17,605 bases of DNA, taken from contig CAWBBV010000010.1 of assembly GCA_963787125.1 (NCBI GenBank), positions 1 through 17,605 on the forward strand, read 5' to 3'. Shown in pieces: positions 1 to 8,375 of the stretch. The translations under genes were made by a program, and so were the position numbers. The notes below the pieces were generated by a model. It was not told the DNA's origin, did no database searches, and saw only the letters and a program-made list of their open reading frames with translations. This DNA comes from an uncultured delta proteobacterium. Lineage in GTDB: Bacteria; Desulfobacterota; Desulfuromonadia; Geobacterales; DSM-12255. Numbering within the stretch: the stretch's first letter is position 1; each line of letters starts with the position of its first letter.

Positions 1-10
1 ATCCAGATTG

Positions 11-1897
11 TCAGGCTTTGTGAGTAAATTTGAGAAACTTGCCGATCAGCTCAGCAGCACGGTAAAACAGCGGTGACGCAACTGCAACAGGAATTTCGCT
101 ATTCTGGCTGGTATTGCCATAAAAATTTACACCGAATCGGGATGTAAGATTATTAATTCCGCTAAGATCAGCGTCCTCACCAGTGGCGATTAAAAGTGAA
201 CCGCCGTTCTGACTGAATGCTAACAGGTCCTTCAGCTCTGAATCTGACAACAGTTTACCTTCACCGAAAAAGAGCCAAACTTGACTCTGTTTTTCAATCA
301 GGGCGGTCGAAAGCAGCGGTGTCTTCTTACGGTTGGTAAATGTAAAGTTTTTGTCCATAAGAGCAGCTCTTGAAGTCATCTGTTGATCATAAAAGATGTT
401 GTTGCCAGCTGAGATGTCATAAACAAGAATATTCCCTTTTATGGTGGTGCTGCTTGCCTGCTCAAGCCATTCAGCGATGTTTTCAATGTAACGGCTGTTA
501 TCCGAGAACTTAAGATTTTTCGGGAGAAACCTGGCGCTTCCGGCATCAAAAACAACTCCACCCTCCTTGCCAAGGATGTTGTTATAAGTTGCTATAAGTG
601 GTTTTTCTTCAGGATCCATGACAATCCGGACGCTCTCTCCCTGCTTTCTGATTATGGCGGAGTTTCCGCCGGAAAGTCTGCCAACGCCTTTGAGGAGGGC
701 GTTGCCGGTGTCTATGCCGGGTACGAAGAAGAGCGCCTGGAGGCTGTACGTTATCAGCAGTGTGCCGACAATGCAGATGACCATGTAAAGTACAAAAACC
801 TTTTTCTTAAAGATAGTCCAGAACATCACCATGGTCGGCATTGCGGTCACCGGGCCACCGATCATGAAGGCCAGGGCAGCGCCGCTGTCAAGAGTGCCGT
901 TCAGGGAACTCTTGATGTGGTAAAGAATGCTGGAAGCGCTGATCTGGTGGAGAAAAATCGGTACTGAACCGAGTGTTACCCAGAGCACGTTGAGCGGGTC
1001 TTTCCTGCCGAAGAAGTGATAAATCCAGTCTGCTGGCATATATCTTTCAACAATAGCGCCGATGACTACGCCGACAATGACGTACTTGCCGACAAGACCG
1101 AGCATTTCAAAGGATTTGGCAAGGAAAATGATAAATTGGTTGCTGGTTTTAAGTGCCACCCTGTTGCCGAATTTCTGCTTGCAGCCGCAGCGAAGACGCT
1201 CATCCGGGTAGTCTTCATCGTGAAAGTCGCCCCTGACAATCGCGCCATCAATAAAAACCTTTTTGGTCTCAAATCCCCATGGCTTGAGGAAGTGTGTCAC
1301 CAGTCCGGCAAAGATACCCATCAACAGGGCTGCCAGCGTCCTTATGACAGTCCATTCAGGGCCGAGGTCATTGAGGGTAAGAAGATATGTCGATGGGCTC
1401 ATGAGTGGTGACGTGACCAGTAGCGCCATGACCGGGGCGAGGGGGATGCCCGCAAATAGCAGGCTGATCGCCGTGGTAAGAGTGCCACAGGCGCAGAGCG
1501 GGGTAATTATGCCGATAAAGGACGCAAGGAAGACGCTCATGACCCCGTAGCGGCGCAGCATCATTTGGAGCTTAACTGCTATTTTAGCGGTGCGGATGTA
1601 GCCGGCGAGAAGTATGCCGGAAATGAAGTAGGGGAAGATGTCCCATAGCTCGGCAAGAATGCCGTGCTTGTCGATGAGAAGATTCCAAAGTTCATTGCCG
1701 AGATTGACTAAAAATGAGTTGTCAGCTTTTGCAGCTCCCTGTGCATGTCCAGCCGGACCGAAGGTCCAGACATGCCAGACTATGAGCGCAAATCCGGCCA
1801 GTATCATTGCCATCAGGGTCAGATTGGCTTTTCTGGCATGGCCGCCATGGACCTGGCAGGAGCCGCTATTTTCTGTTGGTGAAGTTTTAGACAACAA
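11..1897 (-). CDS. DUF318/ArsP-family permease fused to a C-terminal soluble GldG/IFT52/DUF4350-like domain
   Basis: Multi-TM N-terminal ~390 aa with DUF318 hallmarks (ITPLCACG, LLVTSPLMSP, ALAFMIGGPVT). Soluble C-terminal ~235 aa with LSDSELKDLLAFSQNGGSLLI and DNSRYIENIAEWL. TTG start 6 nt after the resB stop; exact start uncertain. Confidence 0.8.
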   Translation of the reverse strand: MLSKTSPTENSGSCQVHGGHARKANLTLMAMILAGFALIVWHVWTFGPAGHAQGAAKADNSFLVNLGNELWNLLIDKHGILAELWDIFPYFISGILLAGYIRTAKIAVKLQMMLRRYGVMSVFLASFIGIITPLCACGTLTTAISLLFAGIPLAPVMALLVTSPLMSPSTYLLTLNDLGPEWTVIRTLAALLMGIFAGLVTHFLKPWGFETKKVFIDGAIVRGDFHDEDYPDERLRCGCKQKFGNRVALKTSNQFIIFLAKSFEMLGLVGKYVIVGVVIGAIVERYMPADWIYHFFGRKDPLNVLWVTLGSVPIFLHQISASSILYHIKSSLNGTLDSGAALAFMIGGPVTAMPTMVMFWTIFKKKVFVLYMVICIVGTLLITYSLQALFFVPGIDTGNALLKGVGRLSGGNSAIIRKQGESVRIVMDPEEKPLIATYNNILGKEGGVVFDAGSARFLPKNLKFSDNSRYIENIAEWLEQASSTTIKGNILVYDISAGNNIFYDQQMTSRAALMDKNFTFTNRKKTPLLSTALIEKQSQVWLFFGEGKLLSDSELKDLLAFSQNGGSLLIATGEDADLSGINNLTSRFGVNFYGNTSQNSEIPVAVASPLFYRAAELIGKFLKFTHKA

Positions 1898-1903
1898 GGT
1901 TAG

Positions 1904-2812
1904 TTACCTTTTGAATCTTCGGTACCATGCTGCAAAAGTACCGATAGAGAGGATGACCATGCCTGAGTAAACCACATATTTGCCTGGATCGCGGACAATC
2001 TGGATGCCAGCGTAGGGGCGTTTAGCCTGGTCCAGGCTTATTTCGGTGTTAAAAAAATCAAGACCATTCCAATTGAGCGGGGCGTTAATCTCAGTGACAC
2101 CGCTTTTGACGACATGACCGTTTTCAAGAAGATCCAGATCTATCCAGAACCTTTTGATAACGGCATCCTGAAAGGCGACGAGTTTGAAGCTGAAAGGGAA
2201 ATTCGCCGGGAGAGTCGACATCCCGGAAGTGTCGGCTGAGCCGATAAGGTGCGAATCTTTCATGACTACGATCGAAACATTCTCCCGCCATGGATCGAAA
2301 CGGTCAGCTTTAACTGAATAACCGTCGAGCAGGAAGCTCTCGCCGGTCTTGATCGTTTTAAGATCATGCTTCTGATCACCTTTCATTACCCCGATCTGGA
2401 GCGGAACCGGATGAAATTCAGCGTTTATCTTCTTGACTTTTATTTCGTGACTGAAGTCGGTATCCCGCTCGAGATCCCAGCGGTAAACCGTTTTCGAGCT
2501 GTCACCTTCATAGATATTAATAGTGGCAACATAGCCCCGGCCGGTCATAACAGCGCCGAGCAGAGTTAATAGAACTCCTGTGTGGACGACCAGCGTTGAA
2601 GGAGCGAGAAAGTGCCAGCGTTTGAGAGTACAGACGGTCAGATGGAGAGCAAAGGCGACAATCAGCAGAACAAATAAGGGGTGGCTGTAATACTCCCGCT
2701 GTGATTTAAGGAGTGTTCCAGGAATAGCCGCTATTGCAAGCAGTCCAAAGAGGACGATGGTGAGTTGTGTTGAAGACAACCACTGTATGAGCGTTCTGAC
2801 TGCAGGTGACAT
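1904..2812 (-). CDS. resB: ResB/Ccs1-like cytochrome c biogenesis protein (system II)
   Basis: Starts WLSSTQLTIVLFGLLAIAAIPGTLL; has YYSHPLF...LTVCTLKR, TM3 His (LVVHTGVLL), periplasmic EINAPLNWNG and C-terminal GIQIVRDPGKYVVYSG plus TM helix, all typical of ResB. Confidence 0.8.
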   Translation of the reverse strand: MSPAVRTLIQWLSSTQLTIVLFGLLAIAAIPGTLLKSQREYYSHPLFVLLIVAFALHLTVCTLKRWHFLAPSTLVVHTGVLLTLLGAVMTGRGYVATINIYEGDSSKTVYRWDLERDTDFSHEIKVKKINAEFHPVPLQIGVMKGDQKHDLKTIKTGESFLLDGYSVKADRFDPWRENVSIVVMKDSHLIGSADTSGMSTLPANFPFSFKLVAFQDAVIKRFWIDLDLLENGHVVKSGVTEINAPLNWNGLDFFNTEISLDQAKRPYAGIQIVRDPGKYVVYSGMVILSIGTFAAWYRRFKR

Positions 2813-2830
2813 CAGGTGGGATAGCGCCTT

Positions 2831-3403
2831 TTAGATCAGTTTCTTTGACTTAAGGAGATCTTTTGCCAATTTTTTCGGCTTTTCATCACCCTTTGATTTC
2901 ATGATTCTGCTGTAGCCGGAGTCGCCGGTAATGCCGGAAAGCTTCTGCAGCAGCTTAGGGAGAGCCGGCAAGCTGCTGAGGATTTCGTTGGAAATGACCG
3001 GGGCAAGCTGCTGAGAACTGCTGCCACCTTGTATGGCTCCATAAGGTTCAAGCCAGATCAGGTTGAGACTTTTCCGGTATTCAGCCTTGGCTGAGTCAAA
3101 GGCCGCTTTGCCGCTTTCGCGGGGCCTGCCGATCATTTCAAAAGCGCGATCAGTGCTCTCGATTACCATCCCGAGTTGCCCCTGTTTAACTGCGCTGTAA
3201 AGATCCTTCTGAGCTTTAAAAGTCTCTACCTTCACGGTAGTTCCTGTTCGGGCGGTTATCAGCTGCGAGGTCAGTTCAGCCAGCATCTGCTCATTCGGTG
3301 TATCAAGAATGCCGATATGAAGTGTCTTGCCGACACAGGCATTCAGCGGTGCTATGTAAAGTGCTGTAACAACAAGAAAGAGCGCCGTGAAAATTCGCAA
3401 CAT
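2831..3403 (-). CDS. Exported OpuAC/OsmF-like substrate-binding-fold protein, shortened (one lobe)
   Basis: Signal peptide ending APLNA|C; LHIGILDTPNEQMLAEL...LYSAVKQGQLG...LNLIWLEPYG and APVISNEIL...LLQKLSG resemble the start and end of glycine-betaine-type binding proteins. SD GGGAGG upstream. Confidence 0.6.
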   Translation of the reverse strand: MLRIFTALFLVVTALYIAPLNACVGKTLHIGILDTPNEQMLAELTSQLITARTGTTVKVETFKAQKDLYSAVKQGQLGMVIESTDRAFEMIGRPRESGKAAFDSAKAEYRKSLNLIWLEPYGAIQGGSSSQQLAPVISNEILSSLPALPKLLQKLSGITGDSGYSRIMKSKGDEKPKKLAKDLLKSKKLI

Positions 3404-3440
3404 CCTGATTCCTCCCTATGGTGGACAAGCTTTTAATGTT

Positions 3441-4136
3441 TCATTCTACCGGCATTTGCAAATTAATTGCAACCGGTAATTTCCCGACGGGTACGTCGAT
3501 TTCCCTTAGGTTGCTGCTGTCTCCAGTCGGCGGAAACAGGTGGTCATAACCGAGAAAATATTTCCCGGGGGGCAATTTCAGTCGGTAATTTCCCGCAGGG
3601 TCAGTCCAGCCTGAAAAATATTCAGGGACGGTCACAGTTATACTGCCGATCCGGGCATATACATAGACTCCCGCCACTCCCTTGCCACCCGCCGTGACTT
3701 TGCCGCTAATCTCCGCCAGTTCTTCGCGCCCCTTTTCACGGCGCTGCGCCAACTCCTGCATGTCGGCAACGGTAAAATCAACGGTCAGGGCAGTCTCTGT
3801 GTCCGGATCAATCCTGACAGGCTCACCGGAATGTTTGTCTCCAGGCATAAGTGGACCGAACCGCTCACCTTTTTTGATTCTGGCAACACCCCAGTAAACG
3901 GCTTTGGGCAGAACCAGCTTGTATGAGCCGTTTTTGGCACTTTTCGGAGAAATGAAGTCAGCCGGACGTCTTGTGTTACTGGTTAAATAGAGGTAAATCT
4001 CAGCATCCGGGAGCGTTTCACCGCCAAGATTCTTGACAACACCTTGTAGTGCGAACGTATCCTCAGCGCCTTTAGCCGTTAAAGGGAAGAGTATGACAAG
4101 GAGAAGAAGCAGGATGAGATTGCGTGGAGAGTTCAT
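3441..4136 (-). CDS. Exported protein with two carboxypeptidase-regulatory-like (transthyretin-type beta-sandwich) domains
   Basis: Signal peptide; two similar modules LQGVVKN..GETLPDAEIYLY..ADFISPKSAKNGSYKLVLPKAVY and ISGKVT..GKGVAGVYVYA..PEYFSGWTDPAGNYRLKLPPGKY. ATGA overlap with the upstream gene. Confidence 0.75.
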   Translation of the reverse strand: MNSPRNLILLLLLVILFPLTAKGAEDTFALQGVVKNLGGETLPDAEIYLYLTSNTRRPADFISPKSAKNGSYKLVLPKAVYWGVARIKKGERFGPLMPGDKHSGEPVRIDPDTETALTVDFTVADMQELAQRREKGREELAEISGKVTAGGKGVAGVYVYARIGSITVTVPEYFSGWTDPAGNYRLKLPPGKYFLGYDHLFPPTGDSSNLREIDVPVGKLPVAINLQMPVE

Positions 4137-6640
4137 TTCACCCCTGCACTTTCGAGGTTTAGTTGCTCGGTGAGGGCGGGTTCAAAAAGGACCTTGCCGA
4201 CCCCGATTTCCTGTCTGCCATCGAAAAAAGTTGCTACTGGATCGGTAGAACCCCACCAGTTGCCAGTTGCCGGTATGTCCTCGGTGTTGAAATCTCCTGA
4301 GCGGATGTTGTAGTCACTGTTGGCGAAAATGTTGTTCCGCTTAATAGTCAGGCCGCTGCCCCGTTCGCGGACGAAAAGACCGATCTCGTTGCGGGTGATT
4401 ACATTGTCTTCGATAACGGCGTTCCCGATATACGAACGGATGCCGATACCGTTGTCACTGAAAACAGATCGTCTGATAGTTACCGGTCCGCTTCTGAAGC
4501 GCATTCCGCCGCCGTTGTGCCGGGCCAGAACATGATCGAGCAACAGGTTGGTGAAGTGACCATGAATACCCCAGGCAGCGTATTCTATGACAGAGTACAA
4601 AAATGAACTGTCCTGTGCCTGTTCAAGGACAATCTCATTCCAGGCTCCCGGCTGTTTTGCAAAGAGGGCTGTGAACGTGACCGGTCTTGCCGCTGTGCCG
4701 ACTGAATTAAACCTGCCCCTGATGGTCAGGCCGGCATTTTCATCAAAACGGACCGTTGTTCCGGGAGAGACTGTCAGCACCGACTCTTGCGGCACCGATG
4801 GCTGGCCCTTTAAAATTATTTCACCGGCTAAATCCAGTTTCCCGACAAGCTCATCAACAGGCCAGACGAAAGGGCGTGGAGTTGTTAAGTAGACGTCGGA
4901 CTTTATCAAACCCCTGGCAGAGTCTTTCCTTTTATCAAAAACCACCGCTGCCGGAGCATCTCCTCCCCACCAGTTTCCGTTGGCGTCTATTTCGTCCGGA
5001 GATTCCAGGTCGATTGCATACAGGCCGTTGGAGGCGAAGTTGTTGCCGGAAATGATTCCGGAAAATGAAGATATGCCGATGCCCCGCTCAAAATTGAAGG
5101 TGAAAAGGTTCCCCTTTATATCAGCTCTTACATCCTGAAGATTCAGACCATTGGCGCCATTTCTTCCCAGATAGTTGCCGACGACCTCGATGTTATCGAC
5201 AGTGCGCATGGAAAAACCGGTCTCGCTGCTATTAGCGACGACATTGCCGTTTATTGTGCCGTAGTAAAGGTCAGAGACCATGATCCCCTGACGGTTGGCG
5301 ATGATACTGTTGCGCTCCACAACGGCGCTCCCCTCACGGATTCTCACCCCTTCCTTCAGGCTCCCTGAGATGCGATTGGCAGCAAAAACAAGACTGTTCC
5401 TGAAAAAGTTTACCCCCTGATGATTATCAAAAAGGCGATTGCCGGAAAAACGCACGGAAGAGTCTCTCCCCTGCACAGCACTTTTATTGGCCGCAAACTC
5501 CGAATCGAGGATTTCAACGGCTGATTCCTGAAACTGTATGCCGCGGTAATTGTTGCTGAAGCTTGAACCGGTGACCTTGACGGTAGAGTAGTGAAAGTGG
5601 AGACCGCGGTAGGCATCTTCAAAAACACAGTTCTCGATCAGATTTTCGGCCTTATCGCTGTTCATGAGGTTGACAGAGTCCCAGTCCCCCATTTTTTTGA
5701 TTATTTCAGCGGATCGAAACATAATCGGGGCGGTTTTTGTCCCTTTGGCCGTCAGTGTCCCCTGAATCAGGATGCCATTTTCCCCAATACCGTCACCATT
5801 GGTATCTTTCCGGGAGAACTCAATAATTGTTCCCGGAGTGATCAGCAGTCTGCTCCCCTCTGGAATTCTCAGGTTGCCATCAACCCTGATCCTGCCGCGC
5901 CAGACAGTCTCGCCGACCAGAGCTTCATCTTTGTAGATTCTGGTGAGCGGCAAAATGACTGTTGCCTGATTGGTCACCTGAAAATCACGGGAGACTGGAA
6001 TATCCTCTTTCCAGAGGTCCTTCTTCCTGTTGCCGGAAATTATTGTACCGCTGAGAGTCGGTTCATTGGAGGTTATTATGATGACGCCGTAGTCGTTGTT
6101 GCTTATCCGGCTGTTCTTGATGGTGGCGCTAGCTTTATTGCCGATAAGTGTCGCGCCGTGACGGTTTTCGGTCAGTGTCAGGTTCAAAGCTGTCAGTTTG
6201 CCGTCAATCAGGTAGATGGCCGAGTCTGCACCGCTTATGGAGCAGTTTTTGAGGAGAGCCTCGCCACCGTCAATGAGAATACCTGCCCATTCACTGCTTT
6301 TGCCTTTCTCGGCAGAGATAAACCTTACAGGAGCTTCACTGCTCCCTTCGACCATGATTCTGCCGCGAACTGTTATCTCGGTGAGTGGTGAGATGAATTC
6401 AGGATCTGTTTTAGTGCTTTCAGCCGGGGAGACTTTTATGACCGTTCCCGGACGAATGGTGAGAGTAACCCCCTGAGGGACGAGAGTGTCTTCACTCACC
6501 GTTACTTCATTCTGCCAGACAGTGTCTGTGGAGATAACAGCCGCTTCAGCCGGCACCGGGTGGAGGAGGGTGAGTGCCGTTGCCACTACAGATGCGATCG
6601 TGAGAAATGTTTTGTATTGTTTAATAAGGCGATGAATCAT
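4133..6640 (-). CDS. Exported right-handed parallel beta-helix (NosD/pectin-lyase-like) protein with three modules
   Basis: Signal peptide (PAEA|A); many N/S-ladder repeats (e.g. SSFSNNYRGIQFQES); three copies of LTIxPGT...IxGxLxAxGT..PIxF...W and two GNWWG motifs. Confidence 0.85.
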   Translation of the reverse strand: MIHRLIKQYKTFLTIASVVATALTLLHPVPAEAAVISTDTVWQNEVTVSEDTLVPQGVTLTIRPGTVIKVSPAESTKTDPEFISPLTEITVRGRIMVEGSSEAPVRFISAEKGKSSEWAGILIDGGEALLKNCSISGADSAIYLIDGKLTALNLTLTENRHGATLIGNKASATIKNSRISNNDYGVIIITSNEPTLSGTIISGNRKKDLWKEDIPVSRDFQVTNQATVILPLTRIYKDEALVGETVWRGRIRVDGNLRIPEGSRLLITPGTIIEFSRKDTNGDGIGENGILIQGTLTAKGTKTAPIMFRSAEIIKKMGDWDSVNLMNSDKAENLIENCVFEDAYRGLHFHYSTVKVTGSSFSNNYRGIQFQESAVEILDSEFAANKSAVQGRDSSVRFSGNRLFDNHQGVNFFRNSLVFAANRISGSLKEGVRIREGSAVVERNSIIANRQGIMVSDLYYGTINGNVVANSSETGFSMRTVDNIEVVGNYLGRNGANGLNLQDVRADIKGNLFTFNFERGIGISSFSGIISGNNFASNGLYAIDLESPDEIDANGNWWGGDAPAAVVFDKRKDSARGLIKSDVYLTTPRPFVWPVDELVGKLDLAGEIILKGQPSVPQESVLTVSPGTTVRFDENAGLTIRGRFNSVGTAARPVTFTALFAKQPGAWNEIVLEQAQDSSFLYSVIEYAAWGIHGHFTNLLLDHVLARHNGGGMRFRSGPVTIRRSVFSDNGIGIRSYIGNAVIEDNVITRNEIGLFVRERGSGLTIKRNNIFANSDYNIRSGDFNTEDIPATGNWWGSTDPVATFFDGRQEIGVGKVLFEPALTEQLNLESAGVK

Positions 6641-6694
6641 CCAGTCAGCCTACACTATGTCGAGGGAAAAGTCAGTCTTCTCGTTGCGGTTAAT

Positions 6695-8014
6695 TTACAG
6701 TGGTTCAACTTTCCACCAGATCTCCTTGCCGATTTTAACGCTGTAGGCGATTGATTTGCCATCAGGCGTGATTACCGGTTGCCAGACCATGTCATAGTCC
6801 GGCTGCTGTTCAAGAGTAACTCCCTTAGCGTCAGCAACCACTACAAAGCGTTTGCCATTCTGCCTTGCACGGTAGATCAACCGGGAAGCGTCTGCTGAAA
6901 ACTGGGGGGAGACCACCATGTCATATTCGGGACCATTACTGCCATTTATGACTACAAAATGTTTGTCCCTTTTACGTGCCACAAAAGCAAGCTTTGTCCC
7001 ATCGGCACTGAACACCGGGTCTTTAATGCCGTCGTAGCTGGTGCCATAGCTTTTGCCGTCCATTACCGGGTAAAACTGACCATGCGTCATGCCGGCGATA
7101 AAGGTTCTGCCATTTTTGTCGATCAGTGCCTGTGAATGCATCTCATGTTCCGGAAACGGGAGCTCAACTCCGTCTTTGACCAGTAATACAGTCTTGTCTC
7201 GCCGGGCTAGATAGGCGAGATGCGCGCCATCATCTGAGATATCCATGGTGAGAACCTGGTCAAAGGGCGCCCCCTCATTCTCTTGCAGGAGGCCGGTGTC
7301 GGGGAAGACGACTGAAACTACCGCCTGCTTGCCGTTCGAGTTAATTATGTAGGCGAATCTGGAATTGGTTTTGCTTGCCTTTATTCTGGTAATGGCAGCG
7401 TATTCTTTGCCTTTTATTCGGGCTTTCAGGTCCAGATTACAGATGATCAGATTACTTTTCTTGGAATCAAGGTGATGCTCGATATAAGCTATTTTGTTGC
7501 CGTCAGGGCTAAGCATCGGCATTTCAAGCGGCATGTCGAAGCCCGGGCTTTCACGGCTGCCGACTACCAGAAACCATTTTTTATTACGCATGGCTTCATA
7601 GACAACCCTGCCGTCAGGGGCAAACTGGAGCGTGCCGATACTTTCGTAGGCCTTTTCACTCTTGCCGTTGATAACGACACTTTGCTGGCCCTGATCGGTT
7701 GCCTTGAAGGCGACAGTACGGCAATCCGGGCTGAAAACGATCCGACTGATATTTTTATAACTTTGGCTTTCTTTGCCATCGAGCACCAACGCAACTTTAT
7801 CCGCTTTCATGACAATATATGCCAAATGATGGCCGTCAGGGCTGAAATAGAAATCGTTGGCCTCCTGTCCTTCAGGGATAGTTGCCAGGCGGGTAGATTG
7901 CGGGTTGATGGGGGCTTTTTCCTGTTTGACCGGTGTCTTGCTGCAGGAGCTGGCGATAAATACCATAATTGCGACTGTGATTGTCAGCGCACATATCCGT
8001 AAAGGTGAAAACAT
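6695..8014 (-). CDS. TolB/PD40 (WD40-like) beta-propeller lipoprotein
   Basis: Lipobox-like IASS|C at Cys24; repeats ending FSPDG, FSPDC, FAPDG, LSPDG, ISDDG, FSADG, FSADA, ITPDG, often preceded by VV(I/L)(N/D)G...YxxI. SD GGAGG upstream. Confidence 0.8.
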   Translation of the reverse strand: MFSPLRICALTITVAIMVFIASSCSKTPVKQEKAPINPQSTRLATIPEGQEANDFYFSPDGHHLAYIVMKADKVALVLDGKESQSYKNISRIVFSPDCRTVAFKATDQGQQSVVINGKSEKAYESIGTLQFAPDGRVVYEAMRNKKWFLVVGSRESPGFDMPLEMPMLSPDGNKIAYIEHHLDSKKSNLIICNLDLKARIKGKEYAAITRIKASKTNSRFAYIINSNGKQAVVSVVFPDTGLLQENEGAPFDQVLTMDISDDGAHLAYLARRDKTVLLVKDGVELPFPEHEMHSQALIDKNGRTFIAGMTHGQFYPVMDGKSYGTSYDGIKDPVFSADGTKLAFVARKRDKHFVVINGSNGPEYDMVVSPQFSADASRLIYRARQNGKRFVVVADAKGVTLEQQPDYDMVWQPVITPDGKSIAYSVKIGKEIWWKVEPL

Positions 8015-8268
8015 TGTCCCTCCGCAAACCGGGTTCCGTATTAGTCCAAAACGTTGCAGACTGTATATCTATGCCGGTAGGTAAGTTTATGGCATTTGAA
8101 GAAAATTGATGGCAAAATTGCCTCTAAAAAAACATTTTTTTTATTCTCTTACAACTGTTAAAGACATTTTCAGCTTTTTTTCGGCTTGGTCAACACGTAA
8201 ATGAAGTTGATTATGAGTGCTTATGATCAAGCATAACTGGCTATTTTTGTTGAGAGATCATTAGGTGC

Positions 8269-8297
8269 TTGAAAAATGCGCTGTGTCCCTGTAAGTT
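8269..8297 (+). promoter_or_regulatory. Candidate sigma70 promoter for the MgtE_N/Nramp pair
   Basis: TTGAAA-N17-TAAGTT about 80 nt upstream of the ATG at 8376, which has SD GAGGAGG. Confidence 0.4.
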
Positions 8298-8375
8298 GTT
8301 TTAGCCCTTTAGATTGGGTACAAGATTAGCGGTGACACTACGAACATCCACGTTTTTTGAGGAGGCAGGCGCAGC

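Noticed and set aside
5591..6391. 266-aa plus-strand ORF and other long antisense ORFs (7472-8002, 9915-10568, 12690-13073, 15689-16126)
   Set aside because: They lie opposite well-supported genes and show no recognisable motifs; treated as shadow ORFs.
11..6640. Selenocysteine read-through at TGA stops (11-13, 3441-3443, 4133-4135)
   Set aside because: Each TGA falls at a plausible protein end, one is an ATGA overlap, and the Cys motifs are encoded as Cys.
8197..8223. CIRCE element (GAGTGCTTA at 8215-8223)
   Set aside because: Only a right half-site; the left position reads GTAAATGAA, not TTAGCACTC.
8207..8230. FNR box (TTGAT...ATCAA)
   Set aside because: Spacer is 14 nt instead of 4.
8015..8375. 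M-box or c-di-GMP/cGAMP riboswitch in the divergent intergenic region
   Set aside because: No recognisable conserved cores by eye, and the likely 5' UTR is only about 70 nt. Not scanned with Infernal.
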